Source of the DNA: Deltaproteobacteria bacterium
Lineage (GTDB): Bacteria; Myxococcota; XYA12-FULL-58-9; JAFGEK01
Assembly (NCBI GenBank): GCA_016931625.1
Contig: JAFGEK010000079.1
Coordinates: 258 to 64,257 of the forward strand
Length of the DNA: 64,000 nucleotides
Reading direction: 5' to 3'
A program made the translations under genes and the position numbers. Shown one piece after another: positions 50,496 to 60,170 of this stretch. Numbering within the stretch: position 1 is the stretch's first letter; every line of letters starts with the position of its first letter. Below the pieces are notes generated by a model that made no database searches, had not been told where the DNA came from, and was given only the letters and a program-made list of their open reading frames with translations.

Positions 50496-50867
50496 TTTAA
50501 TGGAGATTTCTGGCTTGAAATTTACACTAAGCGTACCTGTGAAAATGCCATAACAGTTTTTGCCCGTCTATCTTTATTTTGTATAGGGTTAATATTATTA
50601 TTCGTGCATTTAACATTATTCATAGTAAATTTAGTCCTCTCAAGACGTCGACATAAGCAGTTAATGGCAGAAACAAACTCTTCATTTTAGTGAATTTTGT
50701 TCACCTAAAATAAAAACGCTTAGGTATTGCAAACCAAAAATAGCCTTATATTCGGCTATAATACACATTTTTTTTTAATACAGTTGACAATCTTATTGCC
50801 GTTTTGATAAGCAAACGCCAACACATTTGGTAGAAGTCTTAAGCAAGGCAGCTTAAGTCTGCTCTAG

Positions 50868-50947
50868 GTGGGCCTTAATACCAAAGCGAATTATCGCAGG
50901 TATGGTGCTTGTGATATTCGTGATGGTTACGAGCCCATTTTTTTTTG
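50868..50947 (+). promoter_or_regulatory. rimP leader: terminator/attenuator-like stem
   Basis: GTGGGC...GCCCAT followed by a T-run before rimP. TTGACA at 50784. Confidence 0.55.
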
Positions 50948-50979
50948 TTTTTATTGCAGAGATTGAAAAGTGGTTTTAC

Positions 50980-51495
50980 GTGGGCGAAGAATTATCTATA
51001 CGTGCAGAAGTCGAGCGGGCGGTATCGCCTGTATTAGCAGGGCATGGCTATGAAGTTGTGCTTTGTGAATTTCTGCCACGTCAACATATTTTACGATTAT
51101 ATATCGATCGTGCTGATGGGCGTGCTGATGGGCGTGCTGATGGGCGTGCTGATGGGCGTGATAGCGGGGTCGGTGTAGAGGATTGCGCCCGTGTTTCTCG
51201 TCTCGTTGGCGATGTACTTGATGCAGAAGGTATATCAGATAATATTTCTGGTCGTTATCATTTAGAAGTATCATCACCTGGTCTTGACCGACCATTAGTA
51301 AAGCCTGCAGATTTTCGGCGTTTTATTGGGCAGAAGGTCAAAATAACTACACGGCAACCATTAGAGGGGCGAAAGCGTTTTAATGGTGAGCTAATAAGTT
51401 GTGATGCAAATAATATTAACGTAGCTATTGATGGCAATTTGTACGCCATTGCTTTTGAGCTTATTTTGCGCGCCAATTTGGTGCCAGAGCTTTAA
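50980..51495 (+). CDS. rimP: Ribosome maturation factor RimP
   Basis: LRLYID, DCARVSR, YHLEVSSPGLDRPL. First gene of the nusA-infB operon. Confidence 0.93.
   Translation: MGEELSIRAEVERAVSPVLAGHGYEVVLCEFLPRQHILRLYIDRADGRADGRADGRADGRDSGVGVEDCARVSRLVGDVLDAEGISDNISGRYHLEVSSPGLDRPLVKPADFRRFIGQKVKITTRQPLEGRKRFNGELISCDANNINVAIDGNLYAIAFELILRANLVPEL
51109..51156 (+). repeat. 12-bp tandem repeat x4 (RADG) inside rimP
   Basis: CGTGCTGATGGG x4. Confidence 0.95.
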
Positions 51496-51593
51496 TCTAA
51501 ATGGGAGAGGTTTTGACTTAACGCTAATCACGTTGTGCTTAGAGCTACTTTTGTCAGGGGTTTAAGTACAGCGGGGGTCAAGGAGATGCGATC

Positions 51594-53324
51594 ATGTCAG
51601 ATGAGAACCTCACTACCGTTCTCGATGTGGTTAGCAAAGAGAAAGGAATAGACCGCAAGGTCTTAATCCAAGCTCTCGAAGAAGCAATTTTAGCCTCAGC
51701 AAAACGTGCTTTTGGCGCGGAGCGTAATCTTCTTGCGCAGTTTAACGCTGAGAAGGGTGCTGTTGATCTTACCCAGACGATTAAGGTCGTTGAAAATATT
51801 GAAGATGTATACAATGAAATAACCGTCGATGAATGCAGCCAACGCAATATTGATGTTGATCTTGGCGATGAGATGGTTTTTCCGATTTACTACCTTGATC
51901 AAGATGCTGCCGCCGCTCGTGAGCAAGATAATATGTATGGAGATATTTTACGGCTTAAAACTTATCGTCGAGGTTTTGGCCGTATCGCTGCACAAACCGC
52001 TAAACAAGTTATTATTCAACGCATTCGTGATGCTGAACGCAATATAGTATATACCGAGTATAAAGACAGAAAAGGCGAATTAGTTACGGGTATAGTTCGT
52101 CGTTTTGAACGTGGTAATATTATTGTTGATTTAGGGCGAGCCGAGGCAGTTATGCCCATGCGTGAGCAAGTGCCGCGTGAGTCATATCGTGCTGCAGATC
52201 GTATTCAAGCATATGTTATTGAAGTTCAAGAGCATGCACGTGGGCCACAGATTGTGCTATCGCGTACATGTCCAGAGCTATTAGTGAAACTTTTTGAGCT
52301 TGAAGTGCCTGAAATTTATGAAGGTATTGTTAAAATTGAAAGCGCCGCACGTGAGCCAGGCGCTAGAGCCAAGATTGCCGTTTCGTCTACCGATCGCGAT
52401 GTTGATCCCGTTGGTGCGTGTGTTGGTATGAAAGGTTCACGGGTGCAAGCAGTAGTTCAAGAGCTTCGCGGTGAAAAAATCGATATTGTCCCTTATAGTG
52501 AGGATCCTGCAACTTTCGTATGCAATGCCCTACAACCTGCTGAAGTCAGCCGCGTTCTTATTGATGAAGGCAATCATGCCATGGAAATTATTGTTCCTGA
52601 TGATCAGCTTTCATTAGCCATTGGCCGTAAAGGGCAAAATGTGCGTTTAGCTTCACAGTTAACCGGATGGCGACTCGATATTCACTCTGAATCACGTATA
52701 GCTGAAATAAAAGATAAAGCCTGGAAGTCATTATCTAGAGTAGATGGTCTTAATGAGTTTTTAATTCAAACTTTATACAATCATGGTATTCGTTCAGCAC
52801 AACAATTATTTGATTCACAGCATGATTTTCTTATGCAATTCCCCGGAATGGATGATGGTTTGCTTGATAGTGTGTTGGCTAGCGCCAAGCAGATTGCTGC
52901 TGAAGAAAAAGAAAGTGAAGAAAATGCTCGTGTTGATGCTGAACGCGCGCAAAAAGCAGTTGATGCAGCTAAACGTTTGCAAGAAATCCTTGGCCTTGAT
53001 GATCTTGGCCGTTTGCAAAAAGTACGCGGAGTCGGTGAGTCTATGTTGAAGCAGTTGCAAGATACTGGTTTTATCAAAGTTGAAGAAATTGCCGATGCGT
53101 CAGTTGAAGATTTAGCAGAAAAACTTTCAATTAGTGAGAGCAAAGCAAAACAACTCAAGTATGCTGCCTCGCAATGGCTAAAAGAAGAGAATGATATTCG
53201 TAGTACTGCTGATGAACTTGGTATCAGTGTTGAAGACGGTATTGCCAAATTAACCTCATTAACCACTGACGTGAGTAAAAACAAAGAGCAATCGCAGTCT
53301 GAAGTCTCTGGTAGTCCTGCGTAA
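51594..53324 (+). CDS. nusA: Transcription factor NusA with C-terminal HhH extensions
   Basis: FGRIAAQTAKQVI, S1, AREPG, DPVGACVGMKGSR, AIGRKGQNVRLA. Confidence 0.97.
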   Translation: MSDENLTTVLDVVSKEKGIDRKVLIQALEEAILASAKRAFGAERNLLAQFNAEKGAVDLTQTIKVVENIEDVYNEITVDECSQRNIDVDLGDEMVFPIYYLDQDAAAAREQDNMYGDILRLKTYRRGFGRIAAQTAKQVIIQRIRDAERNIVYTEYKDRKGELVTGIVRRFERGNIIVDLGRAEAVMPMREQVPRESYRAADRIQAYVIEVQEHARGPQIVLSRTCPELLVKLFELEVPEIYEGIVKIESAAREPGARAKIAVSSTDRDVDPVGACVGMKGSRVQAVVQELRGEKIDIVPYSEDPATFVCNALQPAEVSRVLIDEGNHAMEIIVPDDQLSLAIGRKGQNVRLASQLTGWRLDIHSESRIAEIKDKAWKSLSRVDGLNEFLIQTLYNHGIRSAQQLFDSQHDFLMQFPGMDDGLLDSVLASAKQIAAEEKESEENARVDAERAQKAVDAAKRLQEILGLDDLGRLQKVRGVGESMLKQLQDTGFIKVEEIADASVEDLAEKLSISESKAKQLKYAASQWLKEENDIRSTADELGISVEDGIAKLTSLTTDVSKNKEQSQSEVSGSPA

Positions 53325-53346
53325 CTATTAAGGAATTAAAAAGTAT

Positions 53347-53946
53347 TTGATGATGATGTGCGCAACAACACATAGAGAGGATATCATTTCGACGACACCA
53401 CAGCGTAGTTGTGTGGTATGTCGACAATCGCGTCCACTCTTTGAATTATTGCGCCTATATGAAAAAAACGGCGCAGTAATTATAGGTGATCCAACCGGTG
53501 GTCGGGGAGCATGGATTTGTTATAAACATCCATGCCTTGAAAAACTTGACGCGCGCTTAGTGTCTAAAGCTTTGCGTAAACCGGTAGTAGTATGTGAGCC
53601 AAATTTGATGCGCAAAGCTCTCGTTGACATAGCGCAACAGAAAATCTTTACAGTATTGGGCTTGGCTAGACGACAAGGAATACTTATTGTTGGGCAAGAC
53701 CAGTTAGATAAACAAACGGCAGCATGCATTATTTTGGCAAAAGATGCATCTTCTCGAGTGCAACGAGCATTTGCAAAAGATGCATTTGTATTTGCTAATA
53801 GTAATGAGCTTAGTCGTGCCATAGGTTTAAAGGGCGTTTTTGTCTTGGGTATCGCTAAAAGTTCTTTTGCTAAACAGGCTGCATATTGGCTGACTGTATG
53901 GTATGAGGGACAAACTCGCGATAGCGCCTTGCCGAAGGAAGAGTGA
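53347..53946 (+). CDS. YlxR (DUF448) fused to an L7Ae/YlxQ-like domain
   Basis: PQRSCVVCR, GRGAWIC, then LGLARRQG...ILAKDAS...ELSRAIG. Confidence 0.8.
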   Translation: MMMMCATTHREDIISTTPQRSCVVCRQSRPLFELLRLYEKNGAVIIGDPTGGRGAWICYKHPCLEKLDARLVSKALRKPVVVCEPNLMRKALVDIAQQKIFTVLGLARRQGILIVGQDQLDKQTAACIILAKDASSRVQRAFAKDAFVFANSNELSRAIGLKGVFVLGIAKSSFAKQAAYWLTVWYEGQTRDSALPKEE

Positions 53947-53960
53947 CTCGAGGTGTTGCA

Positions 53961-56906
53961 ATGAGCAAGAAGCGAGTACATGAATTGGCAAAAGAGTATG
54001 GGCTTGACACTCGAGAAGTGTTACAGCGCCTGCAAAATGCAGGAGTAGACGCAAAAAGTCACTCTAGCTCTGTTTATGAAGAAGAAGCCCGGCAGATACT
54101 TGGCAAAACAAAAGCTGATGAAGCAGCTGAAGCCGCAGCAGCATCGCCAAGACGCCCGGGCATGATGATTGTTAAAAAACGACAAGATATTAAACCTAGG
54201 GTTGAAACTGCAAAGGTTGATGCCACGGTAGCTAATATGCCAGTGATTACAGCGCCAGTTGGAAAGATAGCCAAAGAGCAAATTAATGAGAATATTGACA
54301 CTGTCGTAAAAGAAATAGAAAAACCAGCAACAACTAAAGAAGAAGTCACAAAAACTATGGTTGCCATACCCCCTGAAGCAAAGGCTGAGGTGAGATCATC
54401 CAAGCCGTCAACCAGAGCTTCATCAGCACCTGTCACATCTACACAAAAAGACTCACGAGAGCGCAAAGACAATAGGCACACCGAAGGTAGGAACAAGCCA
54501 TCTTCGACGCACGGCGGTCCTCAAGAAAAAGAGCGTAAACATAATAACCATCAATCTCGCCATCAACATGGCCATTCACGCAATCATGGCCAGCAGCAGT
54601 CAAAATCTGGTGGGGCTTCACAAAATTCTTCAACACCTTCACGATCACGACCAGGTGTAGCCACTGTTGTACGTATGATTGATCGTGAGAAATTGATGGA
54701 ACGCGTTCCAAGTCGGCGACTTGGCGGCAGCAGTGGTGGTAGTAGTGGTAGTGGTAGTGGTAGTGGTAGTCATTCAGGTGGCGGCCATCAAGGTCAAAAT
54801 GATCGAAGACCATCATCAAACAATGGTCCGGCACAGCGTTTTGGTCAAGTTACCGAACTTAAAGTTGTGACGGATCCTTTTGGTCGCGGTCGTGAAATGA
54901 TTAATGTTGGTCGCGATCGTAAATCTAAATCGCCACCTTCTGGTAAGGTTTCAAAAAAAGAACGTGCACCGAGTAAGCGTGATTTACTCGAGATGCGTGA
55001 ACGAGTGCTTCACCCAGCAAGATTGAAGCGTAAAAAGTCGGCGGTAAAAGGCATCAAGAAACAGGATGTTATCGAGCGTAAAGCTTCAAAACGCATTATT
55101 CGTATGAAAGAAAGCATAATTGTTGCCGATTTTGCGCATCAGCTTGGTGTTAAAGTTACTGAAATCATCTCAAAACTCATGGGTTTGGGGATGATGATAA
55201 CACAAAATCAATCAATTGATTTAGATACAGCAACGTTGCTTGCTGCTGAATACGAGTACACTGTTGAATCAACGGCTTTTAATGAAGAAAATGCGCTTGA
55301 AGCATTAGATGCTACTAAAGAAGACGAAGACCAGCAATCACGTCCACCAGTTGTTACAGTAATGGGGCACGTTGATCATGGTAAAACTTCTTTACTTGAT
55401 GCTATTCGTGCTTCACGCATAGCTGCAGGTGAAGCTGGTGGCATCACCCAACATATTGGTGCATATCAAGTTGACGTAGCAGAAAAGGGCAAAATTACTT
55501 TTCTTGATACCCCAGGTCATGCAGCATTTACTTCTATGCGTGCCCGTGGCGCTCAAGTTACTGATATTGTTGTATTGGTTGTCGCCGCTGACGATGGTGT
55601 TATGCCGCAAACTGAAGAAGCGGTAAAGCATGCTCAAGCGGCTAAGGTACCTATTATTGTTGCGGTCAATAAAATTGATCGTCCTGATGCTAAGCCTGAT
55701 CGGGTTATGCAAGAGCTTGCTTCTAAGTTTGACTTAACCCCTGAAGCGTGGGGTGGACAAACTCTCTATGTAAATACCTCAGCGATTAAGGGACAAGGTA
55801 TTAATGATTTGCTTGATGCAATATTGCTACAAGCCGAAGTTTTAGAGCTTAAAGCAAGTGCTAATCGAGCCGCAGTTGGTGTAGTTTTAGAGGCAAAACT
55901 CGATCGTGGTCGAGGTCCGGTTGCTACTGTATTAGTACAAACAGGTACATTAAAACGAAGTGATTCGATAGTTGTTGGCGAGTATGTTGGTAAAGTACGA
56001 GCCATGCAAGATGATCAAGGCAGTAGTTTAGACTCTGCGGGCCCATCTGCAGCAGTTGAAATCACTGGTATCGAAGGTGTTCCGGCAGCAGGTGATACTG
56101 TACATACGGTTGCTTCAGAGAAAACTGCACGTGAAATTATTACTCATCGTATACAACGTAAGAACCAAGAAGCGGCTCAGCGCAGTGCGGTTACGCTTGA
56201 AGATATGATGAAGCGTATGCAAGACGCTGATGACCTTGAAGTCAAAGTTATTTTAAAAGCTGACGTGCAAGGTTCAGTTGAAGCAGTTAAAGAAGCCTTG
56301 CTTGGTTTAGTAACGCCTGAAGTTAAAGTCACCATAGTTTTAGCGGGTGTCGGCGGTATTAAAGAATCTGATATTACTTTAGCCGCTGCATCTAAAGGTA
56401 TAGTTGTTGGCTTTAATGTTCGTCCCGATAACAATGCTCGCGAGCTGGCAGAGCGTGAAGGCGTACAAATTCGTAGCTACAATATTATTTATGAAGTGAT
56501 TGAAGATGTTCGTCTTGCAATGCAAGGTTTATTGGCACCAGAAACTCGTGAGAAACTACTTGGTCATGCAGAAGTGCGTGAAGTCTTTCGTATTACCAAG
56601 GTTGGTCAAATTGCTGGATGCCGCTTAATAGATGGCAAAGCATTACGTGCAGCTCGTGTACGCGTATTACGTGATAGCGTACAAATTCACGATGGTTCGG
56701 TTTCTTCTTTGAAACATTTCAAAAATGACGTACGAGAAGTTGATGCAGGCCAAGAATGTGGTGTCGGCGTGCAGGATTATAACGACATCAAAGTTGGCGA
56801 TATGCTTGAGTTCTATCAAATTGAAGAAATCGCACGTGTATTGCATGCACCAGTAACTAGTGGCAAACGTCATGACGGTGGTTCGGGTGCATCAGCAACC
56901 CCATAA
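53961..56906 (+). CDS. infB: Translation initiation factor IF-2
   Basis: KRVHELAKE, RPPVVTVMGHVDHGKT, DTPGH, NKID, KADVQGS. GAGGTG RBS. Confidence 0.98.
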   Translation: MSKKRVHELAKEYGLDTREVLQRLQNAGVDAKSHSSSVYEEEARQILGKTKADEAAEAAAASPRRPGMMIVKKRQDIKPRVETAKVDATVANMPVITAPVGKIAKEQINENIDTVVKEIEKPATTKEEVTKTMVAIPPEAKAEVRSSKPSTRASSAPVTSTQKDSRERKDNRHTEGRNKPSSTHGGPQEKERKHNNHQSRHQHGHSRNHGQQQSKSGGASQNSSTPSRSRPGVATVVRMIDREKLMERVPSRRLGGSSGGSSGSGSGSGSHSGGGHQGQNDRRPSSNNGPAQRFGQVTELKVVTDPFGRGREMINVGRDRKSKSPPSGKVSKKERAPSKRDLLEMRERVLHPARLKRKKSAVKGIKKQDVIERKASKRIIRMKESIIVADFAHQLGVKVTEIISKLMGLGMMITQNQSIDLDTATLLAAEYEYTVESTAFNEENALEALDATKEDEDQQSRPPVVTVMGHVDHGKTSLLDAIRASRIAAGEAGGITQHIGAYQVDVAEKGKITFLDTPGHAAFTSMRARGAQVTDIVVLVVAADDGVMPQTEEAVKHAQAAKVPIIVAVNKIDRPDAKPDRVMQELASKFDLTPEAWGGQTLYVNTSAIKGQGINDLLDAILLQAEVLELKASANRAAVGVVLEAKLDRGRGPVATVLVQTGTLKRSDSIVVGEYVGKVRAMQDDQGSSLDSAGPSAAVEITGIEGVPAAGDTVHTVASEKTAREIITHRIQRKNQEAAQRSAVTLEDMMKRMQDADDLEVKVILKADVQGSVEAVKEALLGLVTPEVKVTIVLAGVGGIKESDITLAAASKGIVVGFNVRPDNNARELAEREGVQIRSYNIIYEVIEDVRLAMQGLLAPETREKLLGHAEVREVFRITKVGQIAGCRLIDGKALRAARVRVLRDSVQIHDGSVSSLKHFKNDVREVDAGQECGVGVQDYNDIKVGDMLEFYQIEEIARVLHAPVTSGKRHDGGSGASATP

Positions 56907-56984
56907 GTATATCTAATTTTTAAGATTTGCTTTTTTAAGGTATTACGTTTTTATATCCTTTGTGATCAAAGGTTTGGGGTTTAT

Positions 56985-57272
56985 ATGATTGTTGGAGTCA
57001 TGGAATTAACCATGGCGTTGTATGACAACGATTCATTAAAAGATAAGCGATCAGTAGTTAAAAGGACAATCGGTCGCTTACAGAGTAATTTTAATATTGC
57101 TGCAGCCGAAGTCGAAGATCAAGATTGCACAGATCATGCGGTGCTTGGGATTGTTGCTGTAGGTAATGATCGTCGTTACGTTCAAGGATTACTCGATAAA
57201 GTTGAGCATTTCGTTATTAAAATGGCGCTAGCAGATGTGCTCGATGCTCATAAGATTATTGAGAATTATTAA
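56985..57272 (+). CDS. DUF503 (YlxP) family protein
   Basis: SLKDKRSVVK...FNIAAAEV..QD, in its usual position after infB. Confidence 0.88.
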   Translation: MIVGVMELTMALYDNDSLKDKRSVVKRTIGRLQSNFNIAAAEVEDQDCTDHAVLGIVAVGNDRRYVQGLLDKVEHFVIKMALADVLDAHKIIENY

Positions 57273-57285
57273 AATAACGTAACTA

Positions 57286-58092
57286 TTAAGGTGAATTGCA
57301 GGGATCATTAGCGGTGGCAGGCTTTGCTTTCGAATCTAATGAATCAATAGGACAACCACTGTTAGGTTTACGATCAGAGGCTTTTGTAAGTGGATTTGCT
57401 GTCGTAGTAAAACTCCAACTAATGGGTATAGTCGGTAAGATATTACCATCAAAGTCGGTACCACCGGTGGGAGTTATAGTTATACGTAGTCTTTGTTTTG
57501 CAGGAAATATGCGAGTATCAAGTTTAAAACGCCATTCTTTATTTGTAGCATTATAAGTGGCCTTTGCATTTAAACCTGTATCGACCCAGGTTTTGCCATT
57601 ATGATATTCAAGTTTAAAAATTCCGGTAGGTGGTGTTTTTAAAGGCGCATCAATCAAAAGTACAGCTTGGCCAAGTAAAGGATTAATGTTGATAGCATGA
57701 CTTATAGGTAGAATAGGTTTAAAAATATTTTTTTTAGTAGTGCAGCTAAGATTAATAGTTTTTTCGAAATCAAGCGGAATAGCTGATGATGGGCTAATAT
57801 TGCATTCTGTTTGAGAAGGTTGTGATTCAATAGAAATATTTAACGAAGTGGTATTTGGTATTCTCGCAATTTTTAGTTGCATACGGCCATTATTGGTTAT
57901 GTATATAATAGTTGTTTTATTTATTGCTAAACCAACTCGACCGGTTATTCCTTTGGCTGAAATCCAAAGTTTTATTGCTTGTGCTTGTGAAGTTTTATTT
58001 TTAGCCTGTGCTCTTGGATTGGTCCATGTAAAACTAATACACAGGCAAAAACAAAAATAAAACATAAACGATTTATTTGGATATAAAATCAT
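57286..58092 (-). CDS. Secreted hypothetical protein with Ig-like (Big_5-type) C-terminal domain
   Basis: Signal peptide. GTDFDGNIL...SWSFTT. Confidence 0.5.
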   Translation of the reverse strand: MILYPNKSFMFYFCFCLCISFTWTNPRAQAKNKTSQAQAIKLWISAKGITGRVGLAINKTTIIYITNNGRMQLKIARIPNTTSLNISIESQPSQTECNISPSSAIPLDFEKTINLSCTTKKNIFKPILPISHAININPLLGQAVLLIDAPLKTPPTGIFKLEYHNGKTWVDTGLNAKATYNATNKEWRFKLDTRIFPAKQRLRITITPTGGTDFDGNILPTIPISWSFTTTANPLTKASDRKPNSGCPIDSLDSKAKPATANDPCNSP

Positions 58093-58149
58093 ATAAATAT
58101 TTCATTAACATAATTGTTTTGATGAAGTAACTCTAAGTTTCGTTTAATT

Positions 58150-59874
58150 TTATGGTTCAGAGGAAGATATAAAAGGTAACATAATAGTAAATTCGGTTCC
58201 ATTATCTGAGTTAGAAGTAACATGCAAAGCGCCATTGTGTTGCTGAATAATTTCTCGGCATATGCTTAAACCTAAACCAGTATGTCCATCATTGGCTTTA
58301 GTGGTAAAAAATGGTTCAAAAACACGTGAAAGGCTAGTGGGTAAAATTCCAGGACCAGTATCAATAATATGTAGTAATACTTGATTATCATTTCGTTGTG
58401 CTTTAATTTTAAGTTCACGTTTTGTACATGTTGGCGCTCGCATGGCTTCTTCAGCGTTCATAAGCAGATGTAAAACAACTTCTGCTATTTGTCCCGGATT
58501 TGCAGAGATAGATAAATTAGGAGCCAAATCAAGTTCAATAGCTGCGGTACAACGCATTTGTGCGCCAGCGATACGCAAAGCAGAACGTACAGCATCACCT
58601 AAGTCAAATACTGATGAATCAGTTTTTTCACTACGCGATATTAGCCGGACATCGCGCGCAATTTCCATAATGCGTGAAGCGCCATTTTCAGCGCTGGCAA
58701 TCATTTGCTTAATATTTTCGAGTGTATTCTTATCGCTTTGGTAATTGTTGTCTTCGTTATCATTATTTATATGGTCAAGTTCGTAGCGGACTAATTCTAA
58801 ATTAGCCAAAATGCATGAGAGAGGATTATTTATTTCGTGCACCATACCTGCGGCTAGTTGGCCAACTGCACCAAGACGCGAAGCACCAGCCATAGTGTGT
58901 ATTCTACGTAAATTATCAAGAGCTATAGCCACTTGATGAGCCAATAAATCTGCACGATCTAGGTCGCGTTGAATAAAAGGACGATGTGCTGGTCGACGAT
59001 TAAGAGTTAAGACACCAACAAGCGATACTCCACGAAACAGCGGATAAACAATACTGCTTAGGGGACGGTTTGCTTGAGGAATGTTATTGAATCGCAAGTC
59101 ACCATTAAGTCCGCCATTTAATACAACAGGAGTTCGTTTAGTTGCTATACGGCCGGCAACACATGAATCCATAGGTATGCTTTGACCTGCAGTTTGAATA
59201 GCATGAGGATTTGTTGAGTGAGCTACATACAATCTTCCTTCACCATCAGGTAAAAGCAGTGATGCTTCATCGGCATTCATAACAAAAGCAGCATTTTTAA
59301 CGATGAATTCAGGTAAATGTTCACGCTCAGCACTGAATACATCGTGAATGGCACTACATAATTTGCCAATATACTGATGGTAGCGATATTTAGATGTTTG
59401 ATTCAATATATCAACTAGTTCTGTTTCAATCAGTGGACGCTGCAATATATCAAATGCACCAGCACGAAGTGTTGCTACTGCTCGCTTTAAAGAATTAGTG
59501 GTTGCAACTGAAACAACTACAGTTTCAGGTTCTTTTTGAGTTAACGTATCAATTACAGTAACTGCGTCTGCTTGTAGAAAATCAATATCAACTAGACATA
59601 ATTCAATAGTAATAATGCGTAAGTACTTCAATGCATGCCTAAGGTCAGTAACAGCAATGACACTTGCATTTAGATTATTGGCAATTTCAGTAGTTTCTTG
59701 GGCAAATGAAGTATCACCAATAACTAGTATTTTACCGATGTCGTTAACATTGTTGCTATGCATTATAGTATTTAATGAAGATGACACTTTTGGCCTATTT
59801 ACCGCATGATGAAGTCGAGAATGATCAGTAACAGCAATAATAGTAGGTTTTTGCTTTTTTGTAAAAGCTACCAT
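58150..59874 (-). CDS. Hybrid sensor histidine kinase (REC-GAF-HisKA-HATPase)
   Basis: GAFDILQRP, GAF (LVGVLTLN), GMVHEINNPL, DTGPGI, FEPFFTTK, GLGLS. Confidence 0.88.
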   Translation of the reverse strand: MVAFTKKQKPTIIAVTDHSRLHHAVNRPKVSSSLNTIMHSNNVNDIGKILVIGDTSFAQETTEIANNLNASVIAVTDLRHALKYLRIITIELCLVDIDFLQADAVTVIDTLTQKEPETVVVSVATTNSLKRAVATLRAGAFDILQRPLIETELVDILNQTSKYRYHQYIGKLCSAIHDVFSAEREHLPEFIVKNAAFVMNADEASLLLPDGEGRLYVAHSTNPHAIQTAGQSIPMDSCVAGRIATKRTPVVLNGGLNGDLRFNNIPQANRPLSSIVYPLFRGVSLVGVLTLNRRPAHRPFIQRDLDRADLLAHQVAIALDNLRRIHTMAGASRLGAVGQLAAGMVHEINNPLSCILANLELVRYELDHINNDNEDNNYQSDKNTLENIKQMIASAENGASRIMEIARDVRLISRSEKTDSSVFDLGDAVRSALRIAGAQMRCTAAIELDLAPNLSISANPGQIAEVVLHLLMNAEEAMRAPTCTKRELKIKAQRNDNQVLLHIIDTGPGILPTSLSRVFEPFFTTKANDGHTGLGLSICREIIQQHNGALHVTSNSDNGTEFTIMLPFISSSEP

Positions 59875-60170
59875 CTAATTCCTCAATGGTAAGCTTTGCA
59901 AAATGTATACCAATATAGCTATTAGTTATTGATTACCTTAATAATGTGAACAACATAACAATTATTCGAAGTTTATATCATGTTGATGTATTAGAATTAC
60001 AAAGTGTTATGGTATTTTAAGCCCAGGGTATAATCACCCCAGTGCAATATAATTGCATGATAGGTAAGTAAATTGCTGATGACATATATAAAAATAATAG
60101 TAGGTAAAAAATACCCACATATGAGTTATAATGGTTTGCTTAATATTTTTTTAAAGAATATGGTTTAAGA

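Noticed and set aside
51578..56873. Numerous antisense and alternate-frame ORFs (here and elsewhere in the window)
   Set aside because: They are shadows of well-supported genes such as nusA and infB, with no independent coding signal.
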